Notes under the pieces: generated by a model
What the model was told of the DNA's origin: nothing
The model's input: only the letters and a program-made list of their open reading frames with translations
Databases searched by the model: none
Position numbers and translations under genes: made by a program
Part shown: piece by piece, positions 27,512 through 27,653 of the stretch
How the letters are laid out: each line of letters starts with the position of its first letter
Position numbering within the stretch: position 1 is the first letter of the stretch
From: an uncultured Thermus sp.
GTDB taxonomy: Bacteria; Deinococcota; Deinococci; Deinococcales; Thermaceae
Assembly (NCBI GenBank): GCA_947085095.1
Contig: CAMTVD010000033.1
Span: 1 to 27,653 of the forward strand
Direction of reading: 5' to 3'
DNA length: 27,653 nt

Positions 27512-27541
27512 ATGCTAAGTGCCAACCCCTTATCATGTCAA
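27512..27541 (-). promoter_or_regulatory. uppP promoter, possibly an IS/host hybrid
   Basis: TTGACA(27541-27536)-18 nt-TAGCAT(27517-27512)-7 nt-GTG. Confidence 0.55.
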
Positions 27542-27653
27542 CATGGCAGCCCCTCTTCAGATCCAGCTGACCCCTGAGGAGGACCGGCTCCTGCTGGAAC
27601 TCTCCCTGGACCCGAAGACCCACAAGAAAACCCGCCTCTGGGCCGCCATGGTC
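27518..27653 (+). mobile_element. Left end of a probable IS630-family element (truncated by the window)
   Basis: Follows TA at 27516-27517 and carries the transposase-like ORF start; boundary inferred. Confidence 0.55.
27543..27653 (+). CDS. N-terminus of a probable IS630-family transposase HTH region (partial)
   Basis: MAAPLQIQLTPEEDRLLLELSLDPKTHKKTRLWAAMV resembles IS630 N-termini; TATCAT 6 nt upstream; open to the window end. Confidence 0.65.
   Translation, partial: MAAPLQIQLTPEEDRLLLELSLDPKTHKKTRLWAAMV

Overview
High-GC bacterial chromosomal window, most likely Thermus (inferred from protein families, codon usage and gene order). It is almost entirely housekeeping: the end of an arginine operon (argG, argH, short argA-type GNAT) with an embedded hicB-hicA pair and carA; fhs and a Ser/Thr dehydratase; secG and tRNA-Ala(GGC); rplU-rpmA-obgE-nadD-yqeK-LCP-rsfS; panC-pilT-fba; Uma2; pdp-M23 peptidase-bactofilin-accD-accA; a DUF4384/PEGA envelope protein; SdpI-like, NTP-transferase and membrane proteins; ferredoxin, GNAT, csp, dnaJ, class V aminotransferase and uppP; and the start of a probable IS630-family element at the right edge. 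No CRISPR array, prophage or multi-gene defence island is visible. The unexplained signals are non-coding: (1) a 114-bp structured element with terminal inverted repeats and flanking direct repeats after rsfS; (2) an IS630-like end that appears inserted in the TA of the uppP -10 box and supplies an outward TTGACA; (3) three ~22-bp divergent junctions where overlapping -10 boxes appear to drive leaderless mRNAs both ways; (4) -10 and -35 boxes built into upstream stop codons; (5) an 8-codon uORF plus hairpin before the aminotransferase; (6) a structured csp 5' UTR. All regulatory calls were read by eye and are untested.
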